A DNA stretch of 64,000 bases, from the NCBI GenBank assembly GCA_013239625.1, contig MU053652.1, forward strand, positions 806,001 through 870,000, written 5' to 3'. The notes beneath the pieces were generated by a model. That model had not been told where the DNA came from and ran no database searches. It saw only the letters and a program-made list of their open reading frames with translations. The position numbers were made by a program, and so were the translations under genes. This document shows, in pieces, positions 13,898 to 25,611 of the stretch. The DNA is from Lama guanicoe (taxonomy: Eukaryota). Numbering within the stretch: the stretch's first letter is position 1; every line of letters begins with the position of its first letter.

Positions 13898-16369
13898 GCC
13901 AAGATAAAGATGTTTGGCAGGAAGTCTGTCACCTTAATAAGGAGAGTTTTAAAACGGACTGACAAAGAAGCTCAGACAAAACAGGTAAGTAAGTTGGGAG
14001 ACAACAGGTAGGGCTGGGTTAAGTGTTGGTGAAGATGGTACCCAGGCATACTTTGCTGAAATAAAAAAGCTACTTAGAAACAATACTGATGACCCTACTG
14101 GTCAAAGTTAATGACCAGAGCACATAGTCAAAGCAATCTTCCAAGTGGATAACTGTGATCTCCTAAGAATCACTAGAACTCTGGGGTTGTGAACAAGAGC
14201 GAAAGACAAAGAGCTGGGGAGGCGGTGGGGGGAACTTCTAGTAAAAAGTATGGGAAACTGTATTGCATATGAAGGAAAATCATACTTTATTGAACACTCA
14301 CTCTGAGTAAGGGACCAGTAGCATTTCTCTTCAGTTGCCCTATTTAATCCTTGAAATAACCCAACTAATCCCTGTTGTTACAGATCAGGAGTGCGGGTGG
14401 AAGAAATTCAGTAACTCCAAAAGCTAGTAAGTAGAAAGCAAGAATCCTAATTCAGGTCTTTGTCTCAAAATTCCATAACTTGCCATTCCATGATGCTGCT
14501 GTCTCAAAGTTCTATTTCTGAACAAAACTAACTAGACTCAGAATAGAATCAAAGTAAAACACCAGACTGGCATAAAAGACAGGAGAAGTAAATGTGATAG
14601 CACTCTATTAATCTGAGCCACTGGGACAAAAAGTGATAGTGTGATAGTAACAGAAATTTCGGAACAAAATGAGTATGTTCATTCAGAGTTTGTGAGAACA
14701 ACAAAATGTATGCTGGAAATACTTAAACATGCACTCACCAATCACAGAGGAAAGAAAATGACAACATGTTTAGAAGATAGGTATATACCATTCCAGGGCG
14801 AGAGTCTCCACAAGCAAAGAAAAATCTACTAAAAGGTAGACTTTTTAATCAGATGAAAAAATTGATCCTACTTTACAAATACGCATTACACTGGCTGCCA
14901 TAAAACAGTACCAGACTCCTGATCCCCATGCTGTCCTTAGTTTGAATGCAAATCCTACAATCCTCTCAGAGAACGCTGCTGTAAATTTTGGTGTCATCCT
15001 TGCTTTCTGTGCTGTTTCCAATGTTAGCACTTATTCTAAGCGAAATTAGGGTTCATGATAGCTGTGGTCCACAGATATGACTGTAAGCATCAAATTATGA
15101 GGATTTTTTTTAAAATGCAATCCTTATAAAACCTATTTGGGATAACGTCAGCTCTAAACATGAAATCTATCCCATCTACCACATGGCTTTTCAGTTTCTA
15201 CCCATAAAGATAGTATGTTCTCAATCAAGCAGTTCTTCAGCTGGATATCAACAACTCAATGAGACCGAAGGTAAATACACTGTTTATGGAGGCTGACTTG
15301 AAATCACAAGAGAAGCCATCCTCAAAGTCTATTTCTTTCCTTTGTTTGATCCGGTCTGATTGGCTTTGAACACTGATGTAACACTACTTCTGTGTGTGTA
15401 TACGTGAGTGTATATACATGTTAATGCAATTCAATGCTACAAGGTTAAACTGCAGAGAAAACATTTCTCGCCCTTGATTAAGGCCTGCATTAAACCATCA
15501 GACCCCATCACAAGCCTTGCTGATGAGTAGCTATTTGGACACACACAGAGCTGTGATTTCCATCCACTTTACTAATCAGCAAGTTCAGATTTGCTGCTAA
15601 TGTGACATTGATGAACAGGAATGATGCTAATGTGACAGTGACGAACAGAAGTGACAGCTCAAGGATGATTAAAATTAGCTAAGGCTCTTCAACCCAGGAC
15701 AAAATGGAGGGGCTGTGAAAACAACTGCAGCCAAACATGCATCTCTGAAACAGAAAGGAAACACCAAAAACATGTGTTTACTGATTACACATAAATCTCA
15801 GTAAATACACACCACAACGTGACATCGTTTAAAATGTAGACAGTCATTATTCAAATCCTACACTAAATCAAAAATGACAATAAGAACATGAATATACAGA
15901 CCAAAAGTGCTGAGCAAAACAAAATGGCCAAAAGGTAGATGGTACTGTTCGATTATGAAAATATACGGCATTAGAAATACAAACCAAGTGCTTCATTGGA
16001 ACTGAAATAATATTCTCTGGTCTATGCTAATTTAGGAAAAGCATTCTCAACTGCAGTGTGGACCTCATACAATTTTTCTCAGAGACTTGGAGTTAGATAT
16101 CTTATTCACAGCCTTGAGGACAAAGACCTCACCTTCCTTACCTTCCCTTTCCTCACCAACTACTCCCCTGCGACTGAGGCCAAATCAGTACATTGGAGAA
16201 AATGAGACTGCATTTTGTTGTTTAATTTTCTTATTATGCCTGCTGTTCACCACGTCTCTTCCTGTAGAAGGTAAGCTCCATGTGGACAGGAATCTATGTT
16301 GGTTTTTTACTTGCTATTATTTAAAATTATATGTGTAGCTCGCATTTTATTTTTATTACATCGAGTTGG

Positions 16370-16515
16370 TATAGAGGCTAGAAGCAGGATTCTAGAGCCA
16401 GCCTGGCTGAGTTTAAATTCCCTCTCTGTCACCTACTAGCTTGATCTTGGACAGGTCATTTGGCTTCAATTTTCTCACCCGTAAAGTGGGGACATAGTAA
16501 TATCTACCTCAGGGA
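16370..16515 (+). mobile_element. MIR SINE
   Basis: ggattctagagccagcctggctgagtttaaattcc...caattttctcacccgtaaagtgggg...tatctacctcagg. Confidence 0.75.
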
Positions 16516-17233
16516 GTTGCCACCCTCACGGGTAGTAAAAGGCTCCATGAAGGTTGGTTGGGGTTCTTACTGGTTACAGCACTTATGTAGGGAGTCAAAT
16601 AGAAATGCATTTGGGTCCTCCTGGACCCTGTTTTCTCCTATGAAATGATCTCTGACATAACAATGACCAGCCCTTCAAGCTAAGAATTTTTACCTGAACT
16701 TACGGAGACAAGGCCTCCTGCCCTGATGTCTAACCAAAATAACAGCAGTTGTTCAGCACCAAGCACCTTACAGCCAGCTTAGGGACACTCCAAGGGGCCA
16801 CTGGTGGGAACTATGAGTGACAGACACTGGACCTCAGTGGCCCATCCCTCTTCCTCATGTGCTGCCATCATGTGAATTGGTCAGGTAGCTACCTGAACTG
16901 AGAGTTTTAAGAGTTAAAATGTACTGATTCCAAAACTGAAGAAGCTAGTTACCTATGTCTATTTTCTGACATAGTCTTCTTACTTCATCCACCGATACTT
17001 CTAGCAACATAGTACAGCTTCAAAAAACCACAAACTAAACAAGCAAAAGAAAACAAGGAAATCTACACAGAAATGGATGGTCAACTGGGGCACTACAGTA
17101 GCTTTTTATGGGTAATCTACACTGTGCAGGCTACCCCCAGAGCTGGAGCAGAATAGGATACAGATGTCTTTTTTTTTTTTTTTAAGTAGAAGTCCATTAA
17201 CACATTCTGCCCTTGTTAAATTCTAAATAATCA

Positions 17234-18851
17234 TTTCACAGAGCTGGAACAAAAAAAAATGTTAAAATTTGTACAGAAACACAAAAGACCCCAAATAGCC
17301 AAAACAATCTTGGAAAAGAACAGAACTGGGGGAATCACAATCCCTGACTTCAGGCTATACTACAAAGCTATAGTAATCAAAACAGTATGGTACTGGCACA
17401 AAAACAGACACACAGATCAATGGACTAAGATAGAAAGTCCAGAAATAAACCCACACACTTATAATAATCTATGACAAATAATCAAATAATCCATAACAAA
17501 AGAGGCAAGAATACACAATGGAGAAAAGACAGTCTCTTCAGTAAGCGGTGCTGGGAAAACTAGACAGATATCTGTAAAAGACTGAAATTAGAACATTCTC
17601 TAACATCCTATACAAAAATAAACTCAAAATGGATTAAAGACCTAAATGTAAAACCAGATAGTATAAAATTCCTAGAGGAAAACATAGGCAGAACACTCTT
17701 GGACATAAATCACACCAGTGTATTTTTTGAACCAGCTCCTGGAGTAATGGAAATAAAAGCAAAAATTAACAAATGGGATCTAATTAAAAGCTTCTGCATA
17801 GATAAGGATACCATCAACAAAACGAAAAGATAACCTACAGAGTAGGAGAAAATATTTGCAAACTATGTGACCAATAAAGGACTAATTTCCAAAATATACA
17901 AACAGCTCATACAGCTTAATATTAAAAAAAAAAAGCAACCCAATCAAAAAATGGGCAGAAGACCTAAATATACATCTTTTCAAAGAAGACATACAAATAG
18001 CCAACAAGCACATGAAAAGATGCTGAACATCACTAACTGTTAGAGAAATGCAAATCAAAACTAAAATGAGGTATCACCTCACACCAATCAGAATGGCCAA
18101 AATTTAAAAGTCTACAAATAGTAATTGCTGGACAGGCTGTGGAGAAAAAGAAACCCGCCTACACTGTTAGTGGGAATATAAATTGGTGCAGCCACTATGG
18201 AGGACAGTATGGAGGTTCCTTAAAAAAGGAAAAGCTAAAAAAAAAAAAAAAACTAAAAATAGACTTACCCTATGATCCAGCAATCTCACTCCTGGGCATA
18301 CATCCAGAGTGAAGTAAAATTCAAAAAGATACACGCACCCCAATGTTCACAGCAGCAGTATTTACAAGAGCCAAGACATGGAAACCACCTAAATGTCCAT
18401 CAACAGATGACTGAATAAAGAAAATGTATATATACAATGGAATTCTACTCAGCCATAAAAAATAAAACAATGCCATTTGCAGCAACATGGATGGACCTGA
18501 AGATTGTCATTTTAAGTGAAGTAAGCCAGAAAGAGTAAGAAAAATACCATATGATATCACTCATATGTGGAATCTAAAAAAAGGGGGGGGGACAAACGAA
18601 TTTATCTACAAAACAGAAACAGAATCATAGACATAGAGAACAAATTTATGGTTATCAGGGGACAATGATGGTGGGAAAGGATAAATTGGGAATTCAAAAA
18701 CTGCAGTTCTGGCAAGTGATGGAAATGTTAGCTGTCTTATTGTGGTGGTGCTTTCATGGGTATATACATCTATGAAAATTCAAACTGTAAAATCTGAAAT
18801 ATGTGTAGTTTATTGTACAGGAACCATCACAATAAAAATGTTAAAAATTAA
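17234..18851 (+). mobile_element. 5'-truncated L1 (ORF2 C-terminal remnant plus 3' UTR), ~1.6 kb, with 17-bp TSD
   Basis: ORF 17259-17474 ([47 protein letters not shown]) is L1 ORF2p, disrupted downstream. TSD taaattctaaataatca (17217-17233) / taaattctaagtaatca (18852-18868). Confidence 0.95.
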
Positions 18852-20369
18852 TAAATTCTAAGTAATCAGACTCTCATGTTGACAGTAATGAATTTAATTC
18901 CTAGAGACAGATTTATTCAAAACATAACCTGCAACAATAAATCATTCTAAAAGGACTCTAGCACTCAACATCAAGAAGTATTTCAACACTAGCATTCATA
19001 TATATATATGAGGTTCTATAAAGGATAAGTAAGAAAAGTATATTTTGTGCCCCAAACACAAGTCTCAGAATTCTAGTAAATTAACCTTGGATTTTGTATA
19101 ATGTTAATATTGCTATCAACTGAATATATTCTATTGATAAATAGAAATGGTTAAGTGACCTTCTCAGAATCTAAAAATCTATCAATAGACCAGACACATT
19201 TTACAAGCATTTCTGAAAAGAAGTAACAAAGAAGATCAAAGAATAAGATACACTGCTCAGAGCTTCTGTAATCAGATACTGAAAGTCAATCAACACAGGC
19301 AAATCTTCAATTATGGTATTCCCAGTGGCAATCATTGACAGGGCTCTTTCTGGGTCATACTTCTTCCTTGCAATTTTTACCCTGAAATCTCAAAGAGACT
19401 ATTTTCACAGAGAACCTCTCATTTTAAACTATCTATAGTAACATTACTTCCTTTTTAGTAAACAGTCTTTTCTCATGCATAATATAATTATCTAAATTAT
19501 CCTTTATTAGAATTCTTTCTCAAAAGCGAATTTTCTGAAATTATCTGAATTACCTCATTGCTTCTAAATAAGTCAATTATAGATGCCTCCAAACAAATTT
19601 ATGCTGAAGTAAATAATTCACTTTTTTTTCCATCTGCTAAGGTTCAAAATCAAACATGATTTCCAAACTTAAGAACGGATGTGGCCAGTTTATGTCTTAG
19701 CCATGCCAAAGTCCCACTTAGTTCTAGAAGAAAAGGGTATCAAAAGCAGGCTTTCTCCATTCAATGTTTTCTTTTAGCACTGAGCTTTGTTTTCTGGCAT
19801 TAACTTAGGACCAGAGTACCATGTACGAAAAGCACTCGGCACTCAGGACAATAAATTATCTACTAAACTAAGCACCACCACTTGGTTAGTGTGGTTACCA
19901 CACTCCTCTCTGTTTACAGTGGGAGAACACAATTGATGCTCATTTCCTAAGCAGTGAAGCACCTGATTCTCAATCCTATTATTATAAGCCCACTCCTCCC
20001 TTTATTTGTCTCAAGTAGTAAATTATGATGGGGCATTGTTAATGAATACAGTTAGAGTCAAGTTCAGGCTACTTGAGGGAAAAATAAAGTTCAGAGGATT
20101 TTTAGAAAGAACTGGGTTCCCTAAAATTAGCAAAAATAAATACTGGATACTTGTAGGTTTTTCCCAAAGCTAATTTCTAAAAGCTATTCAATGGAAAGGG
20201 TTTGTTTTTGTTTTCTTTTAAACAAGAAACTATCACATTATTAAAAGTCAGGTTCACTGAAAAGAAGCAGTACAAGTGAATTCTCAACTGCAACTCCAAG
20301 AAGGAGCCTTATCCCTGAGAACTACTACATTTTTCACATGAAAAAAAATTTTTTTTCATGTCTTTTTTT

Positions 20370-20512
20370 TTTTAGGAGGAAGGAAGAGGTGGGTAATTAG
20401 GTTTATTTATTCATTTTTATTATTTGTTTTGTTTTAAATGGAGGTACTGGTGATTGAACCCAGGACCTTGGCATACTAAGCATATGCTCTACCACAAAGC
20501 TATACCCTCCCC
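20370..20512 (-). mobile_element. Camelid tRNA-derived SINE (Vic-1-like)
   Basis: Reverse complement ggggagggtatagctttgtggtagagcatatgcttagtatgccaaggtcctgggttcaatcaccagtacctcc...aataaataaacctaattacc...polyA, with Pol III A/B boxes. Probable TSD atgtcttttttt at 20358-20369 and 20518-20529. Confidence 0.88.
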
Positions 20513-21694
20513 ACCTTATGTCTTTTTTTCTTACTCAGGTTGATAGACCTGCCCTCGAGCCTTGCCTTGATCTCAAAGAAGTGGCAGTGCCACATAGGAA
20601 GACTACGGTTTTATTACAATGTCGCTCCAACTTTCACCTACTTGTCAAATTTAACAAAAGAACATAAATTCAGTTAATAAATCTGTAGTTTGATGCCAAG
20701 GGGACTATACCACAGATCAAAAATTCAAAACAAGAAATGACTTATCATATTAAAACTGATTAAAGCAGCATGGATACTCGACGTGGATGGTCAAAAGTCC
20801 ATAAAACAACGGTGGCAGAATCTGTGGTTCAGGAGTTAACTTGGGAAAGACCATCTACGTACACTGACAGTCCATAAAATAAAATAAAGGTATCTCCCAT
20901 ATAATGATAATATCAGCTATGCTTTAAAAGATATGAGTAACAGGTACTATGCTATTAATTTTAATTAAAGTATTTTCCCCACTAGAAACTTCACCCTTTT
21001 CCTATTTTGCTTTGCTACAGAAAATATGTACATTAAGCGGCATTTGTATGTATACAGACACTAAGAACTGTCTATTACTCCACCCAAATGTTCAATGATT
21101 ACAGCATCCACTACTTTCCGCCTCCCGAAGTCTTGCCATGATGTCTGAAAAGTCACATATCTTATTGGGCTTTAGGGAAAAAAGATGAGGGTAAGCCCCT
21201 CCACTACACTCAAGGTTATGCAGTGAATATGTCAAAGCACCTGACATCCTTCCCTGCTCCTCACAGATGCTTTGGGATGGGAACGTCCATCAGATTCATA
21301 TCCTTCATCTCCTTTGATTTTTGACAAAGCTGTATATGTGCAAAAACCTCCAGCCTTTCTTATTACTGCTTTTAGCTTTTTTTATTCTCTAAACCCCCAA
21401 GTCCTTCCATTTATACCCAACTAGAGTGACTTAGAAATCATATAACCAGCTAACTTGGTTCATCAAAAGTATAGAGTTAAATACACATTAACTTACTTTA
21501 ACTTCTCTTTAGGAGATTAATATTAAAGGAGGGATAAATGTACTTCTGTCTTTTTTTTTTTAACGTTTCTATTTCACCAAGGGAAAAAGAAAATATCCAG
21601 GTGTTCAAATAATCCACGTCTTTTTTTTTTTTCCTAGGCAACGATACCACACCACACCCATGTTGTAAGCTGCTACCTCTTGGCAAGCTAGCAC

Positions 21695-21885
21695 AGATGG
21701 AGACAGTGAGTTCTGGAATCTGATGGCGGCTCTTGCCCTGACAGAATACTTGCGGGCTATGTGACCTTGGGCATATAATTTAACTGCTTTTGGACCTTAT
21801 TTTCCACATCTATTCCTCCTCTTCCAAGACAATTACATGAAATAATCCATGTATGTAGCTGGCACATTGTAAACTCCAATATATT
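21695..21885 (+). mobile_element. MIR SINE
   Basis: gctatgtgaccttgggcatataatttaac...tttccacatct...ctggcacattgtaaactccaata. Confidence 0.65.
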
Positions 21886-22174
21886 TTAGTGGAGAAGCTG
21901 AAATGTTTCTCTCTCCAATTAAAAGGGAAGCTCCAGATTGCTATTCCTGGTCACCCTTGCCTGTTTCATCTGCAAATGAATAATCCCTCAAAAAGAAAAA
22001 CGATGATCTAGATATGAATGTGAATCTCCAGATAAAAGTGGTATTTTAACCTGCTTTCTCTAGTTGTCTTTCTTTTTTGTTCTGAATAATCATGCCTCAT
22101 AAGGAAACAATGACGCCACATGAAAAATGAACATGGACATTTTAATTTGTATATAATTCACAAAAATGCTGCGT

Positions 22175-22385
22175 AAGTAGTAGAGAGTGAAATTACAGTC
22201 AGAATGACATAGGTTTGAATCCCTGTTCCACAATTTACTAAGTGAGTTATTTGACCTTTCTGCTGCTTATGCCCCGTCTACAAAACGGGGTGACACTACT
22301 TATAGCTCATAGATTTATTACCACAATCAAATGACATGGTATAAGAGAAGCACCAGGCACAAAATAAGCATTCAAATGTAAGCTC
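22175..22385 (+). mobile_element. MIR SINE
   Basis: aggtttgaatccctgttccacaatttacta...tctacaaaacggggtga...ccaggcacaaaataagcattc. Confidence 0.7.
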
Positions 22386-23640
22386 CCTCCCCTGACAGGC
22401 ACGATGAATTAAAATTGCAATCCCTTCACCAGCAAAGTTGCTTTTGATCCCCAAGGGAGCAAGGATGTCTGAATGGTAGGGATTTATCTGTACAAATTTG
22501 TTCTTAATATTCTTCTTGTTACATAAACAAGAGATATGTACTAATTACACTAGGGCTTTACTTTTTAAAACAAAAGGCACAACATACACCATAAACATAA
22601 TAAAAAGCCAAAGAAGAGGAGAAGAGATAACAAGGGAACAGCTGGTATAAACTGTGCACATCATTCAAAGAGGCAATGGGGCCAGTAGAGTTTTTCAATA
22701 AAAGCAAAGAGAACACTAGGTGGTAAAGAAATGGATACTTTAGATCTGGGGAAGCAAAACATATTCACTACTCTTCAGGATGCCAGGGGAGGCTTGGATA
22801 ACATCTCCTGTCTTAATGAGCTATACTCCATTCCCAGCTGTTCAGAACAATGACAGAGTTCATTGCGGCAGAGGATCCATACACAAAAACTCCACGGTCC
22901 CTGGAGCCAGAGGTGCAGGGCAAAAGCTAAATCATCCATCTGTTGGTGTTTGGATGTATAAATGAACAGAGATTTAAAAAAACAAAAAAACACCTTGCAT
23001 ATTCAGGATCTTTCTTCTCCAATAACTGTCAAACTTAGGTATATTTTCTAATCCCTTCTTTCTTTGTTGGCTCTGAGCACTTTTTAAAAAATTAATCAAC
23101 TTTATTTTTTAGGGCAGTTTTAGGTTTACAGATAACTCGATGGTATAAATGAATACTCATATACCCTCTCAATCTGAGTATTTTTAAGGGTCCTGGCTCA
23201 TTTAAAATATTAAATTGTCACCCAGAATTTGAATCATCTAATAAATAAAATGACCAAAGTAGAGAATTTGAGATCCTATTTGGAACTGCAGATTTAACCA
23301 AACCTAACCAGGGCATCACTAAAGCCAAACTTAAAATCACATTAACGAATAATACATTTAAAGTGTATTTGTAAACAATCAGAATTTTCACAGCCAGTTA
23401 ACAACATTAGTATCTCCTTAACTTCCATATTTGCTAAGACTATAAGGAAACATTTCATTATTTAAGGACTTTGAATGTTCCCAAGATGGAGGCTCAGCGC
23501 TTCCTTTCTGTTTATTAGACTGCTTCTTTCAACTATGGAACTGCTTCCTTTTCTTTTTTAAGATGAGGCACTCTATTGAGGTCACCCAGACACACTAAGA
23601 AAAAGATCACCAGGTCAGTCACCACTGCCGCTTTGTAGTA

Positions 23641-23815
23641 CAGAAGTTCTCAAAGTGTGGTACCCAACTTGTTAGAAACGCACATTTTGCGGTCCCACTC
23701 CTGATCTAATAATGAATCAAAAATCTTGTGGGTGGAGAGGTGTACACACATCCTGCAGTCTGTTTTAATGAGCAGTGCAGGTGATTCTAATGTAGATAAA
23801 GTTTGAGAATGACTG
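23641..23815. mobile_element. MER5A-like non-autonomous hAT-Charlie element
   Basis: Terminal inverted repeats cagaagttctcaaagt...agtttgagaatgactg with MER5A internal motifs (cttgttagaaa, caggtgattctaatg). Confidence 0.85.
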
Positions 23816-25207
23816 GTTTATACAAGGATGCCTGACCATTTGGGGGGGAGTGAAAAGTGAACAGTAAATATGTGTTCTTACCAAGTTTTGGGGGGTTTTT
23901 TTGGTCTAAAAACAGTTAATAATTTTGATAATTTTTAGAACAATGTTGTATTCCATTTGAGAATTTCAATGTCTGTCTTGTAGGGCTTGCTACTGTGGCT
24001 ACTGAATAGACCACTTTTAGCCACTGCCATTTTTCTTAATTGGGTGCAATTCACATTTTTCATGCATCACAAAATGACCTGCCACTCTCTGTTTTACTGA
24101 TATGCAACTTTTCTCTTCTGTACAATTTGAAATTTAGTCTAACCAGGATTTCTTACTTATTTTTTTCCTTTAGTTTTCCAGAAGCTTTCCAGCCTTTCCA
24201 GAATACCTTCCACAATATTGCCTAAACCTTCTCATTCCTTTATCTATATATAGCTCGACATGTAATAAGGTAGACATATACGAGAAAGATCTGAGATAAT
24301 GGTCTCTATTTGTATGCTTGGGCCCTCAGTTAACTCTATAAAAGATCCAACAGTTGCATAACTTCAATATGTATTGTTTATTTCAAGTCAACTACAGCCC
24401 AATGCAAGAAAAACCCAACTAATAGGAATGGTATTATGGTTAGTGTCCCTGTAACTCTGCTTCCTTTTTGTTACTGTCCTCTAAATCTATTTCCCATTAA
24501 GTCTCTATAGCAAAATTAGTTATATTCTTACTGCTGATTCTTATGTGCCCAGAAAACTGAAATGCCTTCGTGAATCAATGTGCTCAACTAGGTAGTCATG
24601 ATCCATTTGTTTGCCGCACAATGCTAGATCCTGGTAAACTTCTCTTGAGAAATAAAACATAGGATCAATGGGGAAAGTTTTAAAGAATTTTAGATCATGT
24701 TTTATTAAAAAAAAATTTTCTCTGGAAATCAATTTGGCCTTCTTAGTCCAGTGAGTAGCTGGTTTATTTCAGGTAACTGAACCTACATCATAAACTACTA
24801 GCCTGCCATCAACTTGAATAAAGGAGGAGTGGTCAACATTTATAAATGAGATTAACTTATATGAGCACATTGGAAAGAAAAAGATTAGGTATTTCTGATT
24901 TATGCTCTGGGCTACATCACCCCCAAGAAATAAGAATTTCTCACCTATTTGGGTAACAAAATTATATTGGTCTCTCAAGTGAAGAAAGAGCCAATAATCA
25001 GGGGATGGAAAATAATGCACCAAACATACGTCTCTTCTGGCAGAAGAAATTAAAGAGACTGAAGCCTTAAGCAGCCTTATCGGCCTCATCTGATGCGGAA
25101 GGAAGTCAGCCCTTCAGGAACTAAAGGGGAATAACAGTGTCTCTCACTCTGGAATACGGGCTCAAGAAGAACAGTGATCAGACAAGCAAGAACCCCTTTA
25201 GGAAAGG

Positions 25208-25611
25208 GGAGGTCCTTAATCCAAGGTCCACAGACGGAATTCAAAGAGTGCATGACCTCAGACAGGGGGAAAACAATCTTTAATTCAATATTAACTGAAA
25301 TTTACCATTTTCTTCAATTATGATTCTAGGCAATAACTGCAATAGTATTAGCATACATTTAACTTTGTCACCAACAGAAATCATTATTTTCACATCATAT
25401 TCCAGTTGCTACAAGTATCTGAAAATTATACTTATGCTCGTAACTGCTTTGAAATTATAGTATTATTAGACTTGCCATTAGATATTGTTACTTATTACAA
25501 CTATTTCAACATAGTTGGTTCCTTCTGTGCTTCTACACATTTTAAAGGCATTCAACTTCTTATTCTAATAAGTCAAAAGGGGTCATGAATCAAAAAAGGC
25601 AAAGAACTCTA
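25208..25611. mobile_element. hAT-Charlie element (Charlie4a-like)
   Basis: taactgaaatttaccattttcttcaattatga...ctttgtcaccaacagaaatca...tttgaaattatagtattattagac...aaaggggtcatgaatcaaaaaagg matches the recalled consensus. Confidence 0.7.

Noticed and set aside
20440..20512. tRNA-like sequence with A and B boxes
   Set aside because: It is the head of a SINE with a tail and TSD, not a functional tRNA gene.
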